64,000 nt of DNA, taken from NCBI GenBank assembly GCA_050613775.1, contig JBODTK010000145.1, positions 62,001 through 126,000 of the forward strand, given 5' to 3'. Source of the stretch: Neocallimastix sp. 'constans'. Taxonomy: Eukaryota. The translations under genes were made by a program, and so were the position numbers. Each line of letters starts with the position of its first letter. The stretch's first letter is position 1. The notes beneath the pieces are model-generated. The model did no database searches. It saw nothing but the letters and a program-made list of their open reading frames with translations, and was not told the DNA's origin. Below, in pieces: positions 52,761 through 64,000 of the stretch.

Positions 52761-53211
52761 TATTTCATCTCTCTTTGCTAGTTGCTAGCTGTAAATACAA
52801 ATAAATTTTTTAATATAAATTTTTAATTTTAGGGAATTTAATTCGGTTTTTTTTTTTTTTTTTTTTTAACATTTATTGAATTTTTTTTTTTTTTTTAAGA
52901 TATGAATGAATATGCAAGTAATACTATTGACTACTATTATTTTCTTTTATTGTTTATCAGTAGTAATAGTAATAGAATTAATAGGTAAAAAAAAAATTGA
53001 TATCTGCACCGATCATTCGTAACTCTCTCTATTTTACTTTTTTTTTTATAGTTAAAAAAAAAAAAAAAAGGTCTATTTAAATAAATATATCTTCTTTTTT
53101 TTTTTTTTTTTTTTTCTTTTTCTTCTAAATTACAAATATTAAAAATATTTATAAAAAAAATAAAAATAAAATCATAAGCCGAAAGTCTCCATAAAAAAGA
53201 ATATGAAATTG

Positions 53212-53247
<36 letters not shown>

Positions 53248-53493
53248 AAAGGAAGATTCTCTTGAAAAATGATTAAAAAAAAAAAGTGTTGGTATATTTC
53301 TTTTTTTTTTAATTTTATTTTTTCGACTAAAATAAGAAAATAAATAAAAGCACAAGAAAGAAAGAAGACACTTTAAAACGCTTAAAAATACTTTTCCATT
53401 TTTCCATTTTTTTTTTTTATTTTTTAAAAAAAGCATCAAATTCCATCGAAATTCCCATCGCTTTAAACATAAAAAAAAAAAAACTATTGGAAG

Positions 53494-53527
<34 letters not shown>

Positions 53528-53603
53528 ATTCCTTAGTTTCTTAGAGAGACATATTATTATTAAAGTAAAAATTGTAGAAATTTGAAGGAAAAGAAAAGTC
53601 TTA

Positions 53604-53676
<73 letters not shown>

Positions 53677-53712
53677 CAAAAATTCCAAAAATTCCAAAAA
53701 TTCCAAAAATAA

Positions 53713-53752
<40 letters not shown>

Positions 53753-54090
53753 GCTTGATTTAAAGCAACTTTTTTTTAAGAAAATTTTTTTTTAAGCAAT
53801 TTTTTTTTTTCATTGTTCTAATTTTTTTATTTTTTTATATTTTTTTTTTTTTTTGATTTGATCCAAAGTTAATAAGGGTATATATTAAAAAAAAAAAAAA
53901 TTCAAATAAAAAATAAAAAAAAAATTGAAATAGTAAAAATTGAACAAAGGATAAAGGACAAAAGGAAGGAAAGAGTAAAATAAGAATTTTTTTTTTTTTT
54001 TTTTTTAGACTAAGAGAATAAAATTTATTTAATTTATAATAATAATAAAATTACATGATTTTAAAGGGAAAAAAAAAAATAAAATAAATA

Positions 54091-54634
54091 AAATACATGA
54101 AATAAAATATTATATATTATAAAATTATAAAAGTGCGTTAGAAGCAATAGCCTCTAACTTTTCCCATTCCTCGATAATAACACCACGTCCGTTATTACGA
54201 GTAATAATTTCAGAATTAGTGTTATCTAACGAAATCTGTATTAGTCTTTTCACCGGGAGGTGAAAATCCATGTCTTATCATTGAGACGTCGACGCACTTG
54301 GTAACGGTAGATTCAACGGAATACCATTTCATCATCAAACTAAAAGATCGACAAATTAATGGTATGACGTTTGTTAAAAACTCCGCAATCCTCACAAAAT
54401 ACGGAACAGTTGACGAAGTTGAACTTTGTTTAAAAAAAATATTGTCAACTAATTATCTTTGTTCCCCATCATTAACTTTAATTTTTGAATATATTGAACG
54501 CCCACCAAGAAGAGCACTCAATATATAATAATAAATATTATTATCATAATCCTTTTCTGAATCTAAAGAAACATCATTACAAACTTCAAAAAGAGATCAT
54601 CTAGAAAAGGTAAAGATTTATTTCTTTAATTTTC

Positions 54635-54635
<1 letters not shown>
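54091..54635 (-). mobile_element. Degenerate dispersed repeat, LINE-like 3' relic; copy 2 (inverted relative to copy 1)
   Basis: The reverse complement aligns to 8104-8663. The minus-strand relic translation includes SEKDYDNNIYYYILSALLGGRSIYSKIKVNDG and ...SEIITRNNGRGVIIEEWEKLEAIASNALL*. Confidence 0.6.
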
Positions 54636-54672
<37 letters not shown>

Positions 54673-54739
54673 AAATTTTTTTTTTTTTTTTTTTCTTTTA
54701 CATCTAAATTACAATATTAAAAATATTTATAAAAAAAAA

Positions 54740-54814
<75 letters not shown>

Positions 54815-54893
54815 AATGAAATAAAAATAAAAATAAAAAATTATATATAAATATACATAATATTAATAATATTAAATATAAACTTTTAACATT

Positions 54894-54972
54894 TTTATCA
54901 ATAGTTTTAATTTTTTGTTTTTCTAATTTTTTTTTTTTTCTTTAATAAGACATCAATACAGTATCATAAAAT

Positions 54973-55037
<65 letters not shown>

Positions 55038-55115
55038 ATCAATAGTTTTAATTTTTTGTTTTTCTAATTTTTTTTTTTTTTTCTTTAATAAGACATCAAT
55101 ACAGTATCATAAAAT

Positions 55116-55170
<55 letters not shown>
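54894..55170 (+). repeat. ~140-bp tandem duplication, each unit ending in a long poly(A)
   Basis: TTTATCAATAGTTTTAATTTTTTGTTTT...TAATAAGACATCAATACAGTATCATAAAATC(A)n occurs twice, with a partial third head near 55298. Confidence 0.85.
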
Positions 55171-55171
<1 letters not shown>

Positions 55172-55254
55172 ACCAACAATAAATCCATTAAAAAAAAAAA
55201 AAAATAAAAAATAAAAAAATAAATAAATAAATAAAATAAAATAAAATAAAAAAT

Positions 55255-55287
<33 letters not shown>

Positions 55288-55895
55288 TGTTTACCAAATA
55301 GTTTTAATTTTTTGTTTTTCTAATTTTTTTATATATATATATATATAATATTATAATTATTTTATTTTATTTATTTATTTTTTTTTTTTTTTTATTTAAA
55401 TTTATTTTATTATCAAGAAATTTTATATAATACATTGTAAATATAGATTGAAAAATAAATGTTTTTCTTTTTATATTAAAAAATTTGAAATAAAATAAAA
55501 AGAAATATAGAAATGTTAAAATTTAAATTTACATAATAGATATGAAATAATTAAAAAAATTTTTTTTTTTTTTTTTTTGAATAATCTATGAAAACAATAT
55601 GTATTAATATTTATATAATTGTAATTAATGACATATATATGTTTCTTAAATAATAAAATAAATTTAAAAAAAAAAAAAATTATTTTTGTATAAATTGCGT
55701 TTGTTAAAAAATAAAAAAAAAAAATTATATATATTATTTTTTTTTTCTTTTCTTTTCAACGAAGGATTAAAAATAAAAAAAATTAATATTATACCAAAAT
55801 TTTAATATAATTAAGAAAGGATTTTTAAAAAAAAAAAAATAAAAATAAAAAAATAAATAATAATATTTTTTATTTTTCTATTTTTTTTTTTAAAT

Positions 55896-56834
55896 TTAGA
55901 TAGTACTCTTTTTAATACAAGTGTTTGGACAATTAATAGCCATAAGTGGATTAGCATCACAGTCAACACAGTTAACACATTGAATACAATAGACTGGCTT
56001 CTTAACCTTACAATTTTGTGGACAATAAAGAGCCATCTTTGGTTGAACATCACAATCAATGCATCCAATACAATCCACACAAACGAAATTCTTTGGCTTT
56101 TCAATCTTTAAAGTAGAAGTAGCGCTTTTAATATTGGTAGTGGTAGCAGCAGTAGTTGATTTTTTAGTGGTAGTGGTAGCGGTTTTGGTTTTGATTGATT
56201 TTTTAGTGGTAGTGGTAGTGGTAGTGGTTTTGGTTTTAGTTGATTTTTTAGTTGAGGTGGTAGTGGTAGTAGAAGAAGCAGTAGCATCAGAATTACATCT
56301 ACCAAATTCAGAGAGACAACCCTTACCACAGTATTCATCGGTATCACCACAGTAACCATATTCACTACAACACTTACCTTCTGGACAAATCTTATTACCA
56401 CGAAGTGGACCACAAGTATCATCAGTGCTAACATTATCATTTGTTGGCTTAATATCAGCAATAGCAGTAGTAGTAGTAGTTGTTGTTGTAGCAAAATTAG
56501 AAGTAGAAGAAATAATAGTGCTTTTATTGTGATGATGATGATGATGATGTTTTACTTTAGTTACAACAACTGGAATAACAACAGTACGATACTTTTTACC
56601 AGTAGTAGTGGTAGTGGTAGCATCAGCTACAGAAGAAGTAGTACCATTACAAATACCAAATTCAGATTGACAACCCTTACCACAATAACTTTCAGTTTTA
56701 CCACAGAAACCGAATTGGGAACAACAATAACCGGTTGGACAGGCTAAGCCATTGACCTGACCACAACGAGCAGCAAAAGTTAAATCAAAGGCTAAAGCAG
56801 AAATAGCTAATAAAGCGAAATTGAAAATTTTCAT
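55896..56834 (-). CDS. Secreted chitin-binding protein: signal peptide, two CBM18 (hevein) domains, Thr/Lys-rich linkers, His7, C-terminal Cys-rich repeat pair (312 aa)
   Basis: N-terminal MKIFNFALLAISALAFDLTFA. Two domains, CGQVNGLACPTGYCCSQFGFCGKTESYCGKGCQSEFGIC and CGPLRGNKICPEGKCCSEYGYCGDTDEYCGKGCLSEFGRC, match the hevein CCSxxGxCG pattern. No catalytic domain is present. Confidence 0.93.
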   Translation of the reverse strand: MKIFNFALLAISALAFDLTFAARCGQVNGLACPTGYCCSQFGFCGKTESYCGKGCQSEFGICNGTTSSVADATTTTTTGKKYRTVVIPVVVTKVKHHHHHHHNKSTIISSTSNFATTTTTTTTAIADIKPTNDNVSTDDTCGPLRGNKICPEGKCCSEYGYCGDTDEYCGKGCLSEFGRCNSDATASSTTTTTSTKKSTKTKTTTTTTTTKKSIKTKTATTTTKKSTTAATTTNIKSATSTLKIEKPKNFVCVDCIGCIDCDVQPKMALYCPQNCKVKKPVYCIQCVNCVDCDANPLMAINCPNTCIKKSTI

Positions 56835-57055
56835 TTTTGAATTGTTTTGATTTAATTTTAGTTTTAGTTTTGTTTTTGTTTTTTTTTTGCTAATATAAAA
56901 GAAAGTATTGATTTCTTAATAACAATAAAAGAAAAGAATTTTTCTAAATGATTTATATAAATAATTTAAAAATAATAATAATATTATTATTATGATTATT
57001 ATGATTATTATTAGATTAGATTAAAATAAAATATTATATAAAAAAATAATATATA

Positions 57056-57100
<45 letters not shown>

Positions 57101-57558
57101 AATTAGAGAATTATTTCCAAATGTTTTATATAAATAATTATAATTTAAAAAGAAAAAAAAATAATAAAAATAAAATAATATTATATTATATTAGTAATAA
57201 AATATTATATAATAAAATAATGGGAAAAAAAAATAATGTTTATTGTTTAAATTAAAAGTATATAATTGGTTTATTCTTTGTTGAGGGAATGTTTAGAGAA
57301 AATATTCTTATTTTTTAGTGATTTATTTTTTGCTATGGGAATGTTAAAAATGGGATATACCTCCTCCATGGGATAATCATTTTCTTTAATTATCCTCAAT
57401 ATTGGTCTTAATTACTTTTTTTGGGGGAATATTCGTATAAAAAAATATGATAGTATCTATAAATACATTATTGATAACGTCCTAACATTTTCTGTGTCTA
57501 TACTTTTCTTTTTGTTTGTTTGTTTATTTCAAAAGGAGAAATTTTCTATATATATATA

Positions 57559-57599
<41 letters not shown>

Positions 57600-57995
57600 A
57601 GAAAACGATATTGATATCAATAAATGGCATATCTTAAATTAAACGAAAAAAAAAGAAGAAAGAGAGTCACAGTAAAAAAAAAAATGAAGAAGGGGATTGC
57701 AAATTGGTTAAACGGTGTCACTGCACCTGGGTGATTTGATTCCGCTCATGGGAAGAGCAAAAAGTCATTCACAACAGAAATAGAAAAAGACCTTTCGAAG
57801 AAATTACAGTTCTCTTTAGGACTACAAATAGGGATGGAATAAGCAGGCAATTCCTCCACAACTAAATTCTAATTCCTCTCTTTTAAATTTTAAAATTTAA
57901 AGAAGAAATTAAAAAAAAAAATTCCATCATTTCTTAGTATATTAATGTTTATAATGTTCGAAACTTTTTTTTGAATAACTCTTCCTCTTCCCCCC

Positions 57996-58026
<31 letters not shown>

Positions 58027-61000
58027 CTTTTTCTATGATTAAAATAAAATTCTATCAGTCCCTCACTTGTAATTGGGACGATATAAATTTTTTTGTTGGT
58101 TTGTTTGTTTTTAAAACTTAACGTTACTACTTTCTTCAATTAAAAAAAAAAAAAAAATTTTTTTTTTACAAATTTACACTAACATCTTCTTCAGGTTTAT
58201 CTATTGTAAACTCCAAAAAAAAAAAAAGGAAAAAAAATCATGTCTTTATCTTATTCTTCCAAAAAAAAAAAAAAACAAGTTTTTTTTTTTTTCTTTCTTG
58301 ACTTTCTTTTAAAAATATTACAATTATTCTCCCCCGGTTACTCATTTCTATTTAGTTTGGTTGTGAAAAGTATATCACACATCTTTTTTTTTTTTTTTTT
58401 TATTTAATTTTTTTTAAAGAATTTTCTCTACTTGAATCATCAATCTCAGAGACCAACTTTCTTTCTTGTTAAGAGGTCACTGAAAAATAGAAATATAGAC
58501 ACGCTAGATCCCTTGACAGTTCATTCACCTCAAGTTAGCAATATTCAAAAGCAAACCCAATCAATATCACTTATCTTCAAAGTTAAAGTTAACTTTTTTT
58601 TTATTAACACATGTTACAGTTTTTTACTTATGCTATTAATTATTTTCGGTCTTTTTTTTTTTTTTTTAAAGAGATTATTAAAATTTAGATTTTATTATAT
58701 TCTATTAATTTTTTTTCTTCGGTCTTCTTTTTTTTTTTTTTTTTTTTTGGGGAAAAAAAAAAAAAAAAAAAATTGTTCAAAGTAACCTTTTTATACTGTA
58801 TATTTTATTTCATTTTATTTTGTGCTCATATTTCGGTTTCGTTTTTTAAATGTTTTCTTTTTAATGATAACTAACCATTCCCAAAGACATAAATAAATAA
58901 ATAACAAGGTATTATTAAATTTTATGATTTTGATTATTCTTACCTTTTTTAATATTTTCAAATTAAAATAAAAATATATTATTTTTATAAGTAGATATAA
59001 ATTATGTTGATAATTTAAAAAAAAAAAAAAAAGATAATCAACTATTATCTTGTTTATACTAATTTAAAAAATTATTATTTTTAAATATATAATACTGAAA
59101 TATTATAAAAAATAAAAAAAATACATATAAATTTATATATTCATTCAATAAATAAATATTTATTAAATATGATATGAAGAAAAAAAAAAAAAAAAAGAAA
59201 AAAGAATAAAAAAATTTTTTTTTGTTTATATAAAAAGAGAATAATATTATATAATATTGTATCATTTATTTGTTATTCATTTATTTATTATTCATTTATT
59301 TTTAATAAATAGAATAAATGACGACAATTAAAAAAAATAATAAATAAATAATAATAAATAAATAAATAATAAAATAAATAAATAAAAGGGGGTTTATTTT
59401 ACTCATAAAAAAAAATTAATAATAATAATAAATAATTGAATAATAATTTTTTTTATACATAATTAATAATAGTTGAATAAATTGAATAATTGAATTAATA
59501 ATATAATAAAAATTAATTAGATCATATAATATTTTTTATATTAAAATACTTTAATTTTATTTTTTTTTATTATTATTAATAATATGTTGAATCCATTTTT
59601 TTTTTTAAATATGAATGGATTAAACCTTTTTAATATATGATGAATCATATTTTCATTTCATTCATTTACTAATCCATTATTTGTAATATTTATTTATTTA
59701 ATTATTTAATATTTATTTAATTATTTAATATTTATTTATTTATTTAATATATATTTATTTATTTAATATTTATTTATTTATTTAATATTTATTTATTTAT
59801 TTAATATTTATTTATTTATTTAATGTAATGTATCATCAATGTATACATAATTAATAAATTTAATTATTATGAACTTAGACTTTTTTTTTTTTCGAGTTTA
59901 GAAATAGAAAAATAAAATAAAATAAAAAAAAATAATAATATTTATAGATTATAGAAATTATTATATAAAAATTATCAATAAAAATTATAAAAATTATTAT
60001 AGAAACAAAGTGAAGAGAAGCGATTATATACATTTTTTAATTTTTTGAATGTAGAGATGGTAATCTTTTTTTTTTATCTTCTTTCTCTCACTCTCTCTTT
60101 TGTCCATTGAAAATATTTTTTTTATTATTTGCTTAAAATTATAAAAATGAAATATAAAATATATAAAATATATAAAATATAAAAAATATATAAAGAATAA
60201 AAAAAAAAAAAAAGATTTACGTTTTACTTATTTAAATTGTTTACATTTTAATTCTACATTACAAAAATGATTTGTTATAATAAAATAAAATAATTAAAAT
60301 ATATTTAATTAATAATAATATTTTTTTTTTCTTCATTGATTAATTAAATTAAAAAATTAAATTATTAAATTAATAGAGAGTTTTATTATTTAAAGAATAT
60401 ATTGAAAAGAAAAATAAAAAAAAAATAAAGAAAAAAAAAAGGTTTTTAATAAATATTAAAAAAAAATAAATAAATAAATAAATAAATAATAAAAAGTAAA
60501 ATAATAATAAATAAATAATAAATAAATAAAAAATAAAAATAATAAAAACTAGAATGACTATTTATTATTTAAAGAAAATAATAATAATTTAAGCCCTTTT
60601 AATAAAAATTTTTCATTTTCATTTGATACGTCAAAACAATTAGTAAAGTATTAGCAGTGTAACATTTTTTTTTTTAAAAAAAATAATATAAAAAATAGCT
60701 ATTGCATATTCCTATATTTTAATTCTAAACAAAAATAAAAATATTAACAAAGATTCGATCATTAAACTGTAAAAATTTTTTTTAAAGTTTATAAAATAAA
60801 TTGATTAACTTTAAAATTTTAATTTATAATTTAATGATCAAATCTTTATTAATATTTTATTTATTCAATATCCTAACCTATATAATATATATATTTTATA
60901 TTTTATATAAAATATAAAAAAAAAAAAAGAATTTGAATAAAGAATAGAGAAATAATAAAATAACAATAAAGCAAATAATAAAATAAATGATTAATAATTA

Positions 61001-62630
61001 TATAGTTTTAAAAATAAAACATTACATTAATTTTTTTTTATTTTTATTTTAATAATTATATTTTTGAACTTTATTCATTTATGTAATCAGAAAAATAAAA
61101 AAAAAAAAAAGTTAATTATTTATATTAAATATTATGTTTATATATATATTTTTATTTTTTTTTGAAGTTAAATAATAATAATAATAATAATAATAAAAAA
61201 TGATAAAATTATTATTATTGTTATTGTTATTCATTATTATTATTGTTATTGTTATTTTTTATTCATTATTATTCATTTATTATTCATTATTTTAATTATT
61301 TAGCATACGTAAGGTTCCTTGGTTTCGATCTTGACCTAGGACCATTTTCCAAAATTTTTATCTTACAAGAAGGTTTTTTTTTTTTTTTTTTTTTTTCTCG
61401 GAATATGGTGGTTAGGGTTACGAGTAAATATTTCCCTTTATATATATATATAATAATAATTTTTATTCTAAATATCCCAAGTAATATAGACCAAGAGTTA
61501 CTTTCCTAACTGTGTGGGCCTGAGGGGGTTGGGCAAGTACTGTCATTTAATATATTTACAAGGGAATTAACATTTTTGGGGTACATGATTTCATGTGTTC
61601 CATGTTAAGAAATTTTTCTACTTGATGATGTAAATATTCTACTAAATTGCCATCTTTCTGACGCCTATGCAATTAACCAATGTGAGTTAGTACGTATTTT
61701 CATGGGTAAGGTTATATTGTTGCCCACACTTCAATGGGAAATTAGGAACTGGAGAAGCACCCCCCTCCAAAAAAAAAAAAGAACAAAGCGTCCTAGAAAA
61801 TTCTTTCAGCAATAATAAGCATGTCAGAGAGGTTCAATGCTGAATACTTAGTAAGATCATCCAGCAGGGACATTTCTGACTCTATGAAAGTGCTGTGACT
61901 ACCTCGATATTCCCACTGTCCCTGAGGAGGGGGAGGCTGAAACCAAGGGTGGTGAAACACAGCGCATCGGAAACGAAAAAAAAAATATATATATATATAT
62001 ATATATTTTTCACAACGGAAATAAACAAACAAACAAATAAATAAAATAAAATAAAATAAATAAAAAAAAGGATATTTTTTCATATATTTCCCATCTTCTA
62101 ACACTAACATTACTATTAATAAATTAATAAACTAATAAATTAATAAATTAATAATTTTTTTATTTATATATTTATTTTTTTTTTTTTCATCCTCCTCAGG
62201 GTATAGTTTTTTTTTTTTTTTTTTCCTTATAAATGAAGTTGGTATTCACTATGACAAAGTATTCCTGTTAACTAGACTCTTTATATCATTGCTAGTGCTA
62301 TTGTAAATAGAGAGTCATTTGCACTTGATCTATGAAAGAGGATTAATGGAATTGTACTTCCCTCGATAATAATTCAAAAAAAAATAAATAAAAAAAAAAG
62401 ATCATTGAAAAAGAAGTCCATAAAAATTAAAAAAAAAAATATAAAATATAAAATAAAAAAGTAGAAATAAAAAAAATAAAAGTAAATAAAAATAAATAAA
62501 AAATACCAAAAAAAAAACCCGGTAGAACAGCGTATAGAGATAGAGACTATTTTTTTTTTTTTTTTCACATTACCCTTTCTTGCTTACTTAGAGAGAGAGA
62601 GAGAGAGAGAGGTTTTTCGTCAGGCAACGC

Positions 62631-62666
<36 letters not shown>

Positions 62667-63218
62667 GGTATGACAAAAACAAAAAGAATTCAGGGAGAGA
62701 GTCTGATAGACTGATAGATAAACGACGTTTTAAGGGAAAGCTTTGAAGGTTCTATGGTCCTCCCCCCCTTCTATCGTTAACTTCAGTCTTAAAATAAATA
62801 AATAAATAAATAAATATATAAATAAATTACTCTAGCTTAATAATAAAAATAAATATAAAATTGAATAATTAAAAAAAAAATATATAGAAATAAAAAAGTA
62901 ATAATAAAAAAAAAAAAAAAAAAATATATATAAAAAAGCATACTAAAATAAAAAAATATAATAAAAATAAAAACATATATATATATAAAGTTAATATGGG
63001 GGAAAAAAAAAGTACATCTTATGTTTATATATATTATGTTATTTTGTTATTTTTTTTTTTTGTTTTTTATTTTTTTATGTAAAATATTATATATATATAA
63101 TTAATATATATATATAAAGTTTCAGTTTATTTTTACATCAGATAATTTTTTGTTTTGTTAAAACTTTTATAGCTTTAAATTTATAAACTTAATAAAGCAT
63201 TAATATTTAGTTTGTTGT

Positions 63219-63436
63219 TATTATTATTATTAAATAAATATTAGCCTTTCTTTATATCATTCAAAAAAAAACGTATATTAATTAAATATTCATTAAGATC
63301 TAACCCTTTATGTAGGATATTTTCTTATAGAGTAAGGGTTTAACAAGAGGAGATAGGATTAAATATATATATATATATAAAAAACATAAAAAAGAATATT
63401 ATTATTATTAAATAAATATTAGCCTTTCTTTATATC
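63219..63436. repeat. 40-bp perfect direct repeats (63219-63258, 63397-63436) enclosing a hairpin
   Basis: TATTATTATTATTAAATAAATATTAGCCTTTCTTTATATC occurs twice. An internal AACCCTT...AAGGGTT stem spans 63302-63340. Confidence 0.8.
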
Positions 63437-63923
63437 TTCCCCTCAAAAAATAAAAATAAAATATTAAATTTTAAAAAAAGGAAAAAAAAAAAAAATTTTT
63501 ATTATAAATAATTTCAATATATTTCATATAAAGATATTATTATCTTTCTTCATTATTAATACGAATCCTTTTGTACTATATTATCAAATTTTAAGGTTAG
63601 AATTTTTTTTTCTAAAAAAAAAAAAAGTTAGAAAATTAGTATTTTTGTATTTACAATTTTATTAAACATTTTAATTAATATTTTTTTAAAGTTTATTACA
63701 ACTTTTATTATAATTTTAAATATTAAATAGGATATTACAACTAAAGAGGATATAATCCTACCATAAAATTTCTATAGAGTTTATATCATTTAAGAAAGAA
63801 AAAAATATTTTTAAGAACTAAAATATTTTTCAATCATAAAGTGTCTTTTATATATTATTAATATGAAAACATTCATATAATGGATTGAAATAGGTATAAT
63901 CCATTGAATATACTTTATATTTA

Positions 63924-63995
63924 TAAATAAATACCATTAAATTAATCTGTAAATAAATACCATTAAATTAATCTATAAATAAATACCATTAAATT
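63924..63995. repeat. 26-bp tandem repeat, ~2.7 copies
   Basis: TAAATAAATACCATTAAATTAATCT(G/A) is repeated. Confidence 0.8.
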
Positions 63996-64000
63996 ATGTA

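Noticed and set aside
54298..54528. 76-aa + strand ORF
   Set aside because: TTG start and antisense to the relic reading frame shared with the 8-kb copy.
55811..56747. Alternative-frame and antisense ORFs overlapping the CBM18 gene
   Set aside because: By-products of Thr/His codon repeats in the real gene.
61622..61662. Box C/D snoRNA (TGATGA...CTGA)
   Set aside because: Boxes are only ~40 nt apart, with no convincing terminal stem or long rRNA guide.
61915..61965. Hammerhead ribozyme (CTGAGGA...GAAAC)
   Set aside because: Stems I-III cannot be formed around the core motifs.
63300..63308. Telomerase-template-like CTAACCCT
   Set aside because: Only 8 nt, paired within a hairpin, with no other telomerase RNA features visible.

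Overview
Extremely AT-rich eukaryotic DNA with long poly(A)/(T), (TTTA)n and (TTATTTA)n tracts and intronless ORFs. The composition, CBM18 protein, ankyrin expansion and MULE relic suggest an anaerobic gut fungus (Neocallimastigomycota); this is inference. Contents: (1) the 3' part of an ABCA-type transporter gene (2-3247); (2) a SnoaL-like ester cyclase gene (6772-7206); (3) a ~24.5 kb head-to-tail array of eight paralogous genes/pseudogenes (9857-~34335). These encode 39-aa ankyrin repeats, a spacer domain and a coiled coil. Their repeat modules are visibly shuffled between copies, one copy is a chimera made by a 6.3 kb tandem duplication, and there is an apparent gene-conversion patch; (4) a compositionally alien 2.1 kb block (21955-24060) present in only one duplicate, probably a long-read artefact; (5) a Mutator-like transposase relic (~34500-34905) and two inverted, 3'-coterminal copies of a LINE-like relic (~8040-8663, ~54091-54635); (6) a ~21 kb gene-poor satellite-rich tract holding one 91-aa PP1-docking-motif protein gene and a GC-rich multi-hairpin island (candidate ncRNA); (7) a secreted double-CBM18 protein gene with poly-His and an unassigned Cys-rich tandem repeat (55896-56834, minus). 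Most other ORFs in the track are microsatellite or antisense artefacts. No database searches were run.
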